From NCBI GenBank assembly GCA_009923795.1, contig RFSU01000001.1, positions 1 to 40,619 of the forward strand: a stretch of DNA of 40,619 nt. Reading direction: 5' to 3'. Origin of the DNA: Sphingomonadaceae bacterium. Lineage in GTDB: Bacteria > Pseudomonadota > Alphaproteobacteria > Sphingomonadales > Sphingomonadaceae. This document shows positions 9,927-18,181 of the stretch, piece after piece. Made by a program: the position numbers and the translations under genes. Within the stretch, counting starts at the first letter, position 1. The number at the start of each line of letters is the position of its first letter. Under the pieces are notes generated by a model, which was not told where the DNA came from, ran no database searches, and saw nothing but the letters and a program-made list of their open reading frames with translations.

Positions 9927-10790
9927 TTAAGGAAGGTAAAGCTGATCAGCAGCCGGAAAGCTGCGGTTTCGAACATCTTTCGCATATTGCTCAACCGCTT
10001 CGGCGACAAAGCTCGACATGCCAGCATACTTTTTGACGAATTTGGGGGTGCGTTCGAACAGCCCGAGCATGTCTTCGGTCACCAACACTTGGCCATCGCA
10101 CTGCGCCGATGCGCCAATCCCAATGGTCGGGCAGGAGACTTTGTTTGTAATTTCGATTGCGATCGGTTCCAACACGCCTTCAATCACCATGGCAAAGGCC
10201 CCGGCATCTGCCATTGCAATGGCATCTTCCACGATGGCACGGGCCTCTGTCTCGCTTTTTCCTCGGACGCCATAGCCACCGAGAATGTTGACCGCTTGCG
10301 GCGTAAGCCCGACATGCGCCATCACCGGAATACCACGCGATGTCAGAAACTCGACCGTCGGGGCCAACACCTTGCCGCCTTCAATCTTAACGCCAGCGGC
10401 ACCCGTTTCCTTCAACAGGCGCGAGGCATTGGCAAAGGCTTGCTCTGGCGATCCTTCATAACTGCCAAAGGGCATATCGACGATCACCGCAGCATGATAG
10501 CTGCCCCGCACAACAGCCGCGCCATGGGCCGCCATCATTTCCATCGTGACGGCAACTGTATGCGGCAGGCCGTAAATCACCTGCCCCAGCGAATCCCCAA
10601 CCAGCAAGAGATCGCAATGCGGATCCAGTATCTGGGCCATACGCACAGTATACGCGGTCAACATTACCAGCGGCTCTCCGCCTTTACGCTGGCGGATGCG
10701 CGGGACCGTGAGGCGCTTCATCGGGGTCGGCATTGGGTTTGCGCGACTGGTGGACGTGTCGAGTGTGAAAGTGGTCGAGGTCGTAGACAT
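9927..10790 (-). CDS. panB: 3-methyl-2-oxobutanoate hydroxymethyltransferase
   Basis: Motifs MLTAY, LVGDSLG, DMPFGSY, VKIEGG, HVGLTPQ, TIGIGA and DGQVLV. Confidence 0.97.
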   Translation of the reverse strand: MSTTSTTFTLDTSTSRANPMPTPMKRLTVPRIRQRKGGEPLVMLTAYTVRMAQILDPHCDLLLVGDSLGQVIYGLPHTVAVTMEMMAAHGAAVVRGSYHAAVIVDMPFGSYEGSPEQAFANASRLLKETGAAGVKIEGGKVLAPTVEFLTSRGIPVMAHVGLTPQAVNILGGYGVRGKSETEARAIVEDAIAMADAGAFAMVIEGVLEPIAIEITNKVSCPTIGIGASAQCDGQVLVTEDMLGLFERTPKFVKKYAGMSSFVAEAVEQYAKDVRNRSFPAADQLYLP

Positions 10791-10850
10791 AACTTCTCCT
10801 TACCCCGCATCGGCCCATCGGAAAAGCCCGTGGCCAGTGTTGCCCGTTTT

Positions 10851-10868
10851 ATGACAGTTTTGCGACAA
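10851..10868 (-). promoter_or_regulatory. Pho-box-like site in the panB / PAP2 divergent region
   Basis: Minus strand reads TTGTCGC-AAAA-CTGTCAT, two half-sites 11 bp apart, against the CTGTCAT-N4-CTGTCAT consensus. Confidence 0.5.
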
Positions 10869-10975
10869 AAACTTGCTGCACCGCAAGAAATTAGATAGGC
10901 GCGGCCGAATGCGCGTAGCGCGGCGCCAAAATGCTCGCTTGTGCAAACAACTAAATTTGGGGGCTTTTACGCCAA

Positions 10976-12082
10976 ATGACGGACGCGACGACATATTCTG
11001 GCATGCCAGACAGGGCCGCTTGGCGTGCATTTGTGCCGACGCAAAAAAGCCTGCGCTTTCAGCGCGATTTGCCCGAGGGAGAGAGGCTGTTTCTCTCCTC
11101 AATGCTTGCGTTCATTGGTGTTGCGGGTGTTATCCTTTACCTTGCTACCCCAGTTCCATTTGCGTCTCTCGCCCGCGGGATGAGCCTGTATCTCATGCTT
11201 CCTCTTGTAAGCGTTTCCATCGTTTGGGGCGTGATTCGGGTGGCGGAAAAAATTGCAGGTCATCGCTTTGCTATTGTACATGCCCGCGGACAGTGGATGT
11301 TGGCGACCGCCGTTGCAACGAGTTCATTCATTCCGATTTACGGCCTGTTTAAGCAGTATGTGCTCAAAGCCAGAGGCTTTCCGATGGATACCGCACTTGC
11401 CGAAATCGACCGGTTTTTCTTGTTCGGTTATGATGCCTGGGAAGTCACACACCATCTCTTCCCTTCTGTCTGGGCAACCATAATGCTTGACCGGGCCTAT
11501 GGCGTGTGGCTGCCAATCCTGATGTTCTGCCCGGTTCTCTGGGCGGCACTGGTTGAAGACCCAAGGGTGCGCGCGCGGCTCATCGCGTGTTGGATCGGCG
11601 TCTGGGTGATTGTCGGCGGCGTTGCGGCTTGGCTATTGGCCTTTGCTGGCCCCATGTATTATCCCCATTTTATTGGCCAGGACGCCAGCTTTTCGGCCCT
11701 GCATGACCAGATTGTCGTGCAAAGCCAATTGGCACGCAAAGCGGGAAAAATGGTCGCGACACCAGCTGGTCATATATTGCTGATGAAACGCTATGAATCG
11801 GGCATTTACATGCCCGGCTTTGGCATATCGGCAATGCCGTCCGTCCATGTATCCATGTCTATATTGTTCGCCATTGGCGGCTTTGCCTTACGGCGCTGGA
11901 TCGGCTGGGCACTGACAGCTTATGCCGCGATCATCTGGCTGGGATCAATCCATCTGGGCTGGCATTATGCAGCTGACGGCATTGTTGGTGCCGCTTTGAC
12001 CATAGGGATGTGGAAAGCGTCTGCACCCATTGCCAAGTCGTTTGAACGGCGTCGTTCTGCTCTAGAGGAAGACCGCCTCTAA
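10976..12082 (+). CDS. PAP2-superfamily membrane phosphotransferase (PAP2_3 / AUR1 IPC-synthase-like)
   Basis: Multi-TM protein with AGP, SAMPSVH and HLGWHYAADG catalytic segments. Confidence 0.8.
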   Translation: MTDATTYSGMPDRAAWRAFVPTQKSLRFQRDLPEGERLFLSSMLAFIGVAGVILYLATPVPFASLARGMSLYLMLPLVSVSIVWGVIRVAEKIAGHRFAIVHARGQWMLATAVATSSFIPIYGLFKQYVLKARGFPMDTALAEIDRFFLFGYDAWEVTHHLFPSVWATIMLDRAYGVWLPILMFCPVLWAALVEDPRVRARLIACWIGVWVIVGGVAAWLLAFAGPMYYPHFIGQDASFSALHDQIVVQSQLARKAGKMVATPAGHILLMKRYESGIYMPGFGISAMPSVHVSMSILFAIGGFALRRWIGWALTAYAAIIWLGSIHLGWHYAADGIVGAALTIGMWKASAPIAKSFERRRSALEEDRL

Positions 12083-13129
12083 TCAGTCAGAAAGCGCCGC
12101 GCGCGCTTCGGCTGAATGGTCGGAAAAAATCCCATCCACGCCCGCCGCAACAAAGGCCTTAATCTCCGACGCAAGATCGCCCTTTTCTCTGGGATCGGAA
12201 CTCGTTTTGAGCCCGGTTGGCAGGAAATAATTCTCTGCCCGAAACGTCCAAGGATGAACCTCTAAGCCAACGGCATGCGCTTGCTCTACAAGCTGGGTCG
12301 GATGCCCCAAATGGCCGTCTGCGGTGCGCGCAATGACCAAGTCCTTGAACGGACCAATCCCGTCCGCATAAGCCGCTATCGCCTTGAGCCCATCTGGCGT
12401 AATCATTTCAGTATAAAGCATCTCGGGCAGATCCGCCGGCCCAGATTCAGAAGCGATCAATTGGATCAGCCGCACCTGCGTCTTGCCCCGCAGCGCCCGA
12501 AGATTTCCAACTTCAAAAGATTGAATGAAGACGGGCGATCCGGACTTAGTCAGCCCATATTTTGCCAGCGCGACCAGCAGAGGCGCCTCATGAGGCAGGC
12601 CAATCGACGTGAAATAGCTAGGATGCTTGGTTTCCGGATAGACGCCAATAACGCGACCCCGCACCTGTCCTTCGGTCTGTGCGAGCGCCAGAATCTCATC
12701 GAAACTGGGGATTAGAAACTGGCCATCATAGGCGATGTTGGCCACACGCAATTCGGGCAGACGCTCTCGCGCTTTTAGCGTCCGCAATTCTGCAAAGGTG
12801 AAATCTTCGGTAAACCAGCCTGTTACGCTCTGCCCGTCGATGGTCTTCGTCGCCCGGCGCGCTGCAAATTCGTTCCGCTGCGCAACATCGGTTGTGCCCG
12901 AAATCTCATTTTCATGTCGGGCGACAAGAACCCCATCTTTGCTCAGCACCAGATCAGGCTCGATGAAATCTGCGCCCATTTCAATGGCCAGACGATAGGC
13001 CTCAAGCGTATGCTCGGGCCGGTCGCCGCTCGCGCCGCGATGCGCGATCAGGATGGGACGTTCAGCGAAAGCAGGCATGGGAGATATCACGATGACAAGA
13101 CAGAAGAGAAGGAGGAGCTTGATCGGCAT
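12083..13129 (-). CDS. glpQ: Glycerophosphodiester phosphodiesterase (exported)
   Basis: Signal peptide and motifs IAHRGASG..PEHT, IEPDLVLSKDG..VARHE, ETKHP, QSFE and DGIFSD. Confidence 0.92.
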   Translation of the reverse strand: MPIKLLLLFCLVIVISPMPAFAERPILIAHRGASGDRPEHTLEAYRLAIEMGADFIEPDLVLSKDGVLVARHENEISGTTDVAQRNEFAARRATKTIDGQSVTGWFTEDFTFAELRTLKARERLPELRVANIAYDGQFLIPSFDEILALAQTEGQVRGRVIGVYPETKHPSYFTSIGLPHEAPLLVALAKYGLTKSGSPVFIQSFEVGNLRALRGKTQVRLIQLIASESGPADLPEMLYTEMITPDGLKAIAAYADGIGPFKDLVIARTADGHLGHPTQLVEQAHAVGLEVHPWTFRAENYFLPTGLKTSSDPREKGDLASEIKAFVAAGVDGIFSDHSAEARAALSD

Positions 13130-13151
13130 AACGGCCGTTTACCGAATCCTT

Positions 13152-13169
13152 ATGGCTGATTGATGTCAT
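13152..13169 (-). promoter_or_regulatory. Degenerate Pho-box-like site upstream of glpQ
   Basis: Minus strand reads ATGACAT-CAAT-CAGCCAT (5/7 per half-site), then 10 nt, TAAACG, 6 nt, ATG. Confidence 0.35.
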
Positions 13170-13172
13170 GGC

Positions 13173-13520
13173 TTAGCCAAATATCTTCTGCCAAGCATCG
13201 GGCTTGAACCCAGCGAGAAGTCCGCCGGGATATTCCGCAATCGGGCGTTTGATCATAGATGGCTGGGCAATCATCAGCGCAATGGCACGCACTTGATCAA
13301 GGCCGGCTTTGTCTGCCTCTGGCAGCTTGCGAAAGGTCGTTCCCGCCCGGTTGAGGACCGTTTCCCAACCCAGAACATCGCACCAATGCGCCAGTTTTGC
13401 AGCGTCCGCGCCCAACTTTTTATAGTCGTGAAAGTCAAAAGCGACGCTCTGTCCTTCCAGAAAGGTACGGGCTTTTTTCACCGTATCGCAATTGGGAATG
13501 CCATAGAGTGTGACGGACAT
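13173..13520 (-). CDS. ArsC/Spx (YffB-like) thioredoxin-fold protein
   Basis: LYGIPNCDTVKKAR, FHDYKK, LNRAGTTFRKL, PSMIKRP. The ATG at 13520 is 4 nt after the displaced guaA stop. Confidence 0.88.
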   Translation of the reverse strand: MSVTLYGIPNCDTVKKARTFLEGQSVAFDFHDYKKLGADAAKLAHWCDVLGWETVLNRAGTTFRKLPEADKAGLDQVRAIALMIAQPSMIKRPIAEYPGGLLAGFKPDAWQKIFG

Positions 13521-13524
13521 GGAC

Positions 13525-13542
13525 TTATTCCCACTCGATCGT
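13525..13542 (-). repeat. Displaced guaA 3' end (att site, distal copy)
   Basis: Minus strand ACG ATC GAG TGG GAA TAA encodes TIEWE*, identical in protein to the guaA C-terminus. Confidence 0.88.
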
Positions 13543-13583
13543 ACTTCGTCAAAATAACCACCTATTCTCAATGATATGCCAAA

Positions 13584-13605
13584 ACTTTGTAACTACTTTG
13601 CAACT
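13584..13605. repeat. Tandem 11-bp direct repeat (candidate integrase arm-type sites)
   Basis: ACTTTGTAACT followed by ACTTTGCAACT, 41 bp inside the distal att copy. Confidence 0.5.
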
Positions 13606-13748
13606 CTCGGTGCAATCTAATTTCACTGCAAGTGACTGAAATTAGTCGATTTCATACCGCAGTTCAACATGGTTCGCGGCACGGTTTGCCAGATCCCAAA
13701 CAAGGATTACTTTAGGTTCATGACGGAGAACCGGACATTGAACAACGA

Positions 13749-14810
13749 TCAGACTTGCTGATGAATGGTACTTGCGAAGTGGCGCCGCCCTAAACGAACT
13801 GCGATCCCAACGAGCAGAACAAGAATGGGAACCTCAACTAGAGGTCCAATCACTGCTGCAAACGCAATAGGCGAGGCAAGACCAAACGCGGAGATTGCGA
13901 CCGCAATCGCGAGTTCGAAATTGTTGGATGCTGCGGTGAATGCCAGCGACACCGTCCTCGGATAATCCAAGTCAATTATCTTACCCATGAAGAAACTGAC
14001 CGTGAACATAATCAGGAAGTAAATCACCAGCGGCACAGCGATGCGAAGTGCATCGAACGGAAGCGCTAACATGTCGCCACCCTTTAGAGTGAACATGGCG
14101 ATAATTGTGAAGAGTAAAGCAACAAGCGTTATTGGACCAATTTTCGGCAGGAAATTTGTTACAAACCAATCTTCGCCTCGCTGTCGGATGAGAACTGCTC
14201 TCGTTAAAAACCCAGCAGCAAACGGAATACCAAGATAGAGCAGAACTGCCCTTGCGATGGTCCAGAAACCTATATCGACAACATGAGCTTCCAACCCGAA
14301 TACCGACGGAAGGAACGTCAAGTATATCCACGCAAAGGGTGCAAAGAACAGGATTTGGAAGAGCGAATTAAAGGCAACGAGACCTGCCACATACTGACTG
14401 CTTCCGCCGGCTAGTTGGTTCCATACGAGAACCATCGCGATGCAGCGAGCAAGTCCAATCAGGATCACGCCAGTCATATACTCTGGTTGATCGCGCAGGA
14501 AGATAACTGCGAGCGTGAACATCAATGCTGGTCCGATCAACCAGTTCTGAACCAACGAAAGAGCGAGAACACGCTTATCCTGGAACACTTCACCCAGACG
14601 CTCATATTTCACCTTCGCGAGAGGGGGATACATCATCAGGATTAGACCAGCCGCAATGGGTAGGTTGGTCCCATCGACTGACAATGCGTTGAGAGATTGC
14701 GGAATGGCGGGGAATGCAGCGCCAAGACCGACCCCGAGCGCCATCGCCGCGAAAATCCAAAAAGTTAGATATCGGTCGAGGAATGCAAGGCGAGACGTCG
14801 TTTTGTTCAT
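13749..14810 (-). CDS. acr3: Acr3-family arsenite efflux transporter
   Basis: Motifs [52 protein letters not shown] and GPLVEVP. Confidence 0.96.
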   Translation of the reverse strand: MNKTTSRLAFLDRYLTFWIFAAMALGVGLGAAFPAIPQSLNALSVDGTNLPIAAGLILMMYPPLAKVKYERLGEVFQDKRVLALSLVQNWLIGPALMFTLAVIFLRDQPEYMTGVILIGLARCIAMVLVWNQLAGGSSQYVAGLVAFNSLFQILFFAPFAWIYLTFLPSVFGLEAHVVDIGFWTIARAVLLYLGIPFAAGFLTRAVLIRQRGEDWFVTNFLPKIGPITLVALLFTIIAMFTLKGGDMLALPFDALRIAVPLVIYFLIMFTVSFFMGKIIDLDYPRTVSLAFTAASNNFELAIAVAISAFGLASPIAFAAVIGPLVEVPILVLLVGIAVRLGRRHFASTIHQQV

Positions 14811-15325
14811 GCTTCTTGCTCCGACGGGTATTCGCGTGTGCCAATTTCCTTGAGCTGGTTTTTCAAACTTATCGGGTCGAGTGAGGACAAAGGAAGGCTT
14901 GCAAAAAGAGAAATCCGGCTACGCATCATGCGATAGGCAGACTGAAAGGCAGCGTATTGCTCTGCGTTGCTCCCTTCAACCGCAGCAGGGTCGGGTATGC
15001 CCCAATGTGCAGTCATCGGATGACCGACCCAAACGGGGCAGGTCTCTTGGGATGCATTATCGCACACGGTGAAAACGAAATCGAGTTGGGGAGTGTTAGA
15101 ACCTGAAAATTCATCCCAACTTTTTGACCTGAAATAGGACGTATCATGTCCCAACGAGTTCAGCACACCTAAAGCGACAGGGTGAACCCGTCCCATAGGA
15201 AAACTGCCAGCGCTGTATCCCTTAAAGCGATCATCAAAATCATGGTTGAGGATGGATTCAGCAAGTATTGAACGGGCAGAATTTCCCGTGCAAAGAAACA
15301 GAACATTATAAATCTGTTCGGACAT
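14807..15325 (-). CDS. arsC: Arsenate reductase, LMW-PTP (thioredoxin-coupled) fold
   Basis: [14 protein letters not shown]-loop, SKSWDEF, TVCD..ETCPVW and [11 protein letters not shown] overlap with acr3. Confidence 0.93.
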   Translation of the reverse strand: MSEQIYNVLFLCTGNSARSILAESILNHDFDDRFKGYSAGSFPMGRVHPVALGVLNSLGHDTSYFRSKSWDEFSGSNTPQLDFVFTVCDNASQETCPVWVGHPMTAHWGIPDPAAVEGSNAEQYAAFQSAYRMMRSRISLFASLPLSSLDPISLKNQLKEIGTREYPSEQEA

Positions 15326-15338
15326 TAGATCTCTCAAT

Positions 15339-15668
15339 TCAGCAGCAAGCAAGTTCAGCGATTAGTGGAGCGCAAAGGGTTTCGTGACCGCCACAGCAGT
15401 CTTTTGCGAGGAAGAGCATAAGTTCCCGCAGTACCGAAATTTGCGCTCGATAGATGATGGAGCGACCCTGTCGTTCAGAAACCACAAGGTTCGCGTTTTG
15501 CAGGACGCTAAGGTGTGTCGAAACAGTATTTTGAGGTGCACCAAGCGACCTGGCGATATCTCCTGCTAAAAGTCCTTCAGGTTCGTTTTGAACCAGCAGA
15601 CGGAACGCATCCAATCGACTGGATTGTGCGAGTGCCGATAATGTCGCGATTGCATGTTTCGAATCCAT
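15339..15668 (-). CDS. arsR: ArsR/SmtB repressor with C-terminal Cys site (DCCGGHETLC...CC)
   Basis: ALAQSSRLDAFRLLV, wHTH NTVSTHLSVL, GRSIIYRA. First gene of the ars operon. Confidence 0.93.
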   Translation of the reverse strand: MDSKHAIATLSALAQSSRLDAFRLLVQNEPEGLLAGDIARSLGAPQNTVSTHLSVLQNANLVVSERQGRSIIYRAQISVLRELMLFLAKDCCGGHETLCAPLIAELACC

Positions 15669-15690
15669 ATATCTAGATGTACAGATATAT
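15667..15690. promoter_or_regulatory. Probable ArsR operator overlapping the arsR start
   Basis: Perfect inverted repeat ATATATCT-N8-AGATATAT. A TTGATG -35-like hexamer lies upstream on the minus strand (15703-15698). Confidence 0.7.
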
Positions 15691-15933
15691 AAAAAATCAT
15701 CAATCCCTGAACATGCGAGCGTTGGGCTATAAATTGGGTCCCCTATTCGTTAGCACTTGGGCACCAGCGATCAAGCTGCATATAAATAAACATGACTGAA
15801 AACACGCATATACCGAGAATGCTATCCAAACCTGTCGAAGCTGCACATAGTGATATGGCGGTTAGAATTTCAGGTTTAGACGACTTTTTGAAATTAAACG
15901 GCAACCATAAATCAACGGGGTTGCTCTTGAACC

Positions 15934-15951
15934 CTACTCCCACTCAATCGT
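15934..15951 (-). repeat. att site copy forming the present guaA 3' end
   Basis: Minus strand ACG ATT GAG TGG GAG TAG. It shares the exact core GAGTGGGA with 13529-13536. Confidence 0.88.
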
Positions 15952-17493
15952 GCCGGGCGGCTTGGACGTATAGTCATAAACCACGCGGTTAATGCCCTTC
16001 ACCTCATTCACGATGCGCGTGGCAACGCGGCTGAGAAAGGCGCTGTCAAAAGGAAACACATCGGCCGTCATGCCATCGGTTGAGGTGACAGCGCGCAGGG
16101 CGCAGACATTGTCGTAGGTGCGGCCATCGCCCATCACACCCACAGTGCGGACGGGCAGCAGCACGGCAAAGGCCTGCCAAATGGCGTCATACAGCCCGGC
16201 ATTGCGGATTTCTTCCAGATAGACCGCGTCGGCCTTGCGCAAAATGTCGCACCGTTCCTTCGTCACTTCGCCGGGGATGCGGATGGCAAGACCTGGCCCC
16301 GGAAAGGGGTGGCGGCCGACAAACACATCCTGCAGACCAAGCTCACGACCGAGAGCGCGCACCTCATCCTTGAACAATTCACGCAGCGGCTCGACCAGTT
16401 TCATGTTCATGCGTTCGGGCAAGCCGCCCACATTATGGTGGCTCTTGATCGTGACCGAAGGGCCACCCGTGAAGGAGACTGACTCAATCACATCGGGATA
16501 GAGCGTGCCTTGGGCCAGAAAATCCGCCCCGCCAATTTTCCGCGCCTCTTCTTCAAACACATTGATGAATTCGGCACCGATAAATTTCCGCTTCTTTTCG
16601 GGGTCAGTAACGCCCGACAGCCCGGCCATGAAGCGCGCCTCGGCATCGACCACGACCAGTGGAATCTTATAATGCTCCCGGAAAAGCTCTTCGACCTGAC
16701 GGCGTTCATCCAGACGCAACAGCCCGTGATCCACAAACACGCAGGTCAGTTGATCGCCAATGGCTTCGTGGATCAAAATGGCCGCGACCGAGGAATCCAC
16801 CCCGCCTGACAAACCACAAATGACGCGGCCATTGCCGACTTGCTCACGGATCTCAGCAATTTTGGTCGCGCGGAATTCCGCCATCGTCCAATCGCCCTTC
16901 AGCCCGCAGACTTTGTGAACAAAGTTCGCAATCAGCTTTGCCCCATCGGGCGTATGGACGACTTCGGGATGGAATTGCGTGCCATAGAGGCGTCGCGCAT
17001 CATCAGCGATCACGGCAAAGGGCGCGCCCTCTGTAGTCGCAACAACGCGAAAACCGGGCGCGAACGATGTCACCTTGTCGCCATGGCTCATCCAGACCTG
17101 ATGGCGGGAGCCCTTTTCCCAAAGCCCGTCAAACAGCAAACATTCATCGGCAATGTCGATAAAGGCACGGCCAAATTCACCGCTGTCCCCCGGCTCCACC
17201 GTGCCGCCCAGTTGCTGCGACATGGTCTGCTGGCCATAGCAGATGCCCAAAATTGGAAGGCCCGAGTCAAACAGGCATTGCGGTGCGCGCGGGGACCCTG
17301 CTTCGGGTACGGAAGCTGGGCCGCCTGAGAGAATAATGCCCTTGGGCTTCATCCGGTCAAAAGCGGCCTCCGCCGAGTTGAAGGGCGCGATTTCGCTATA
17401 CACACCGGCTTCACGCACACGACGCGCAATGAGCTGCGTCACTTGGCTACCGAAATCGACAATGAGGATGGAATCAGAAGGCTGAACGGTCAT
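15934..17493 (-). CDS. guaA: GMP synthase (glutamine-hydrolysing)
   Basis: Motifs [42 protein letters not shown] and [10 protein letters not shown]. Confidence 0.98.
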   Translation of the reverse strand: MTVQPSDSILIVDFGSQVTQLIARRVREAGVYSEIAPFNSAEAAFDRMKPKGIILSGGPASVPEAGSPRAPQCLFDSGLPILGICYGQQTMSQQLGGTVEPGDSGEFGRAFIDIADECLLFDGLWEKGSRHQVWMSHGDKVTSFAPGFRVVATTEGAPFAVIADDARRLYGTQFHPEVVHTPDGAKLIANFVHKVCGLKGDWTMAEFRATKIAEIREQVGNGRVICGLSGGVDSSVAAILIHEAIGDQLTCVFVDHGLLRLDERRQVEELFREHYKIPLVVVDAEARFMAGLSGVTDPEKKRKFIGAEFINVFEEEARKIGGADFLAQGTLYPDVIESVSFTGGPSVTIKSHHNVGGLPERMNMKLVEPLRELFKDEVRALGRELGLQDVFVGRHPFPGPGLAIRIPGEVTKERCDILRKADAVYLEEIRNAGLYDAIWQAFAVLLPVRTVGVMGDGRTYDNVCALRAVTSTDGMTADVFPFDSAFLSRVATRIVNEVKGINRVVYDYTSKPPGTIEWE

Positions 17494-17541
17494 GGCCAGC
17501 CGATAAAGAGCGCGTCGTCCGCTGTCTAGGTCACGAGACCT

Positions 17542-17577
17542 AAATAGAAGAGGAGCCGACCCTTTCGGACCGGCCCC
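17542..17577 (-). terminator. Intrinsic terminator after the 17582-18055 gene
   Basis: Minus strand GGGGCCGGTCC-GAAA-GGGTCGGCTCC followed by TCTTCTATTT. Confidence 0.65.
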
Positions 17578-17581
17578 CTAT

Positions 17582-18055
17582 TTAATAACGGCTACGCAGC
17601 CCGTATAAATCAACATTCGAAACGCCACCATATCGCGTCACGCAGCTGAAGGGACCCTTGTCACGGCCATAGTCGTCTTTGACAACAACACGGCCACGGA
17701 CTTCATAACCGCCACGGATACGATCAACCCGCATCACGTCGGTCACCCGAGCCCACCCGCCATAACGGCTGGCTTCTCGAAGGGCGGCCCTAACGCACTG
17801 ATCAACCGCTCTGCGGCTCTCATAGCCGTTATTGTCATAGCCGTTATGACCATAGCTGTTCTGATCATCATCCCAGTTGCGGGGTGAGGAAGACGCCACG
17901 GCGGCGATACCACCGAGGATGAGCGCACCAACAAGCACATCGCCAGCGCTGATGCCCTTATGGTCGCGTCGATCGGGCTTGGCATTGGCTGGCATGGCCG
18001 TCATTAGCATCGCACCCGTCGTCGCTATTAGCGCGGCCTTAGAAATCGTCTTCAT
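17582..18055 (-). CDS. Hypothetical exported Gly/Tyr/Asp-rich protein
   Basis: Signal peptide (..AMPANA), hydrophobic GALILGGIAAVA segment, a low-complexity NGY stretch and a two-Cys C-terminal domain. GGAG precedes the ATG. Confidence 0.75.
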   Translation of the reverse strand: MKTISKAALIATTGAMLMTAMPANAKPDRRDHKGISAGDVLVGALILGGIAAVASSSPRNWDDDQNSYGHNGYDNNGYESRRAVDQCVRAALREASRYGGWARVTDVMRVDRIRGGYEVRGRVVVKDDYGRDKGPFSCVTRYGGVSNVDLYGLRSRY

Positions 18056-18119
18056 GTTTCGTCTCCATCTCCCTACCGACAAGAAAGGGTCGGCAAAGAC
18101 GAATATGCGAATCGCTCCA

Positions 18120-18156
18120 TGACAAGTTGCTGAACCGGTTTGTAATCTGAGGTTAA
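18120..18156 (-). promoter_or_regulatory. Four half-sites at 11-bp period (response-regulator-type array)
   Basis: Minus strand TTAA-N7-TTAC-N7-TTCA-N7-GTCA, upstream of the 18055 start. Confidence 0.4.
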
Positions 18157-18181
18157 GGATTTTTCGCCTGATATGAGATGG

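Larger units (their letters stand above)
13525..15951. mobile_element. Integrase-less arsenic-resistance islet inserted at the guaA 3' end
   Basis: Flanked by a 15/18 direct repeat of the guaA terminus. AT-richer than its flanks. Contains only arsR-arsC-acr3. Confidence 0.85.

Noticed and set aside
9672-10898. 408-aa plus-strand ORF
   Set aside because: Antisense to panB/yfgM with no family motifs.
13521-13571. N-terminal extension of the yffB-like ORF to 13571
   Set aside because: It runs through the att copy into islet DNA. The family N-terminus begins at ATG 13520.
15910-15923. IHF site AATCAACGGGGTTG next to the guaA-proximal att
   Set aside because: The spacing to TTG is one base too long for WATCARNNNNTTR, so it is too weak to call.
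15743-15992. Two 66-aa ORFs in the islet end as an integrase or excisionase remnant
   Set aside because: No tyrosine-recombinase or AlpA-like motifs are recognisable, and both overlap the guaA end.
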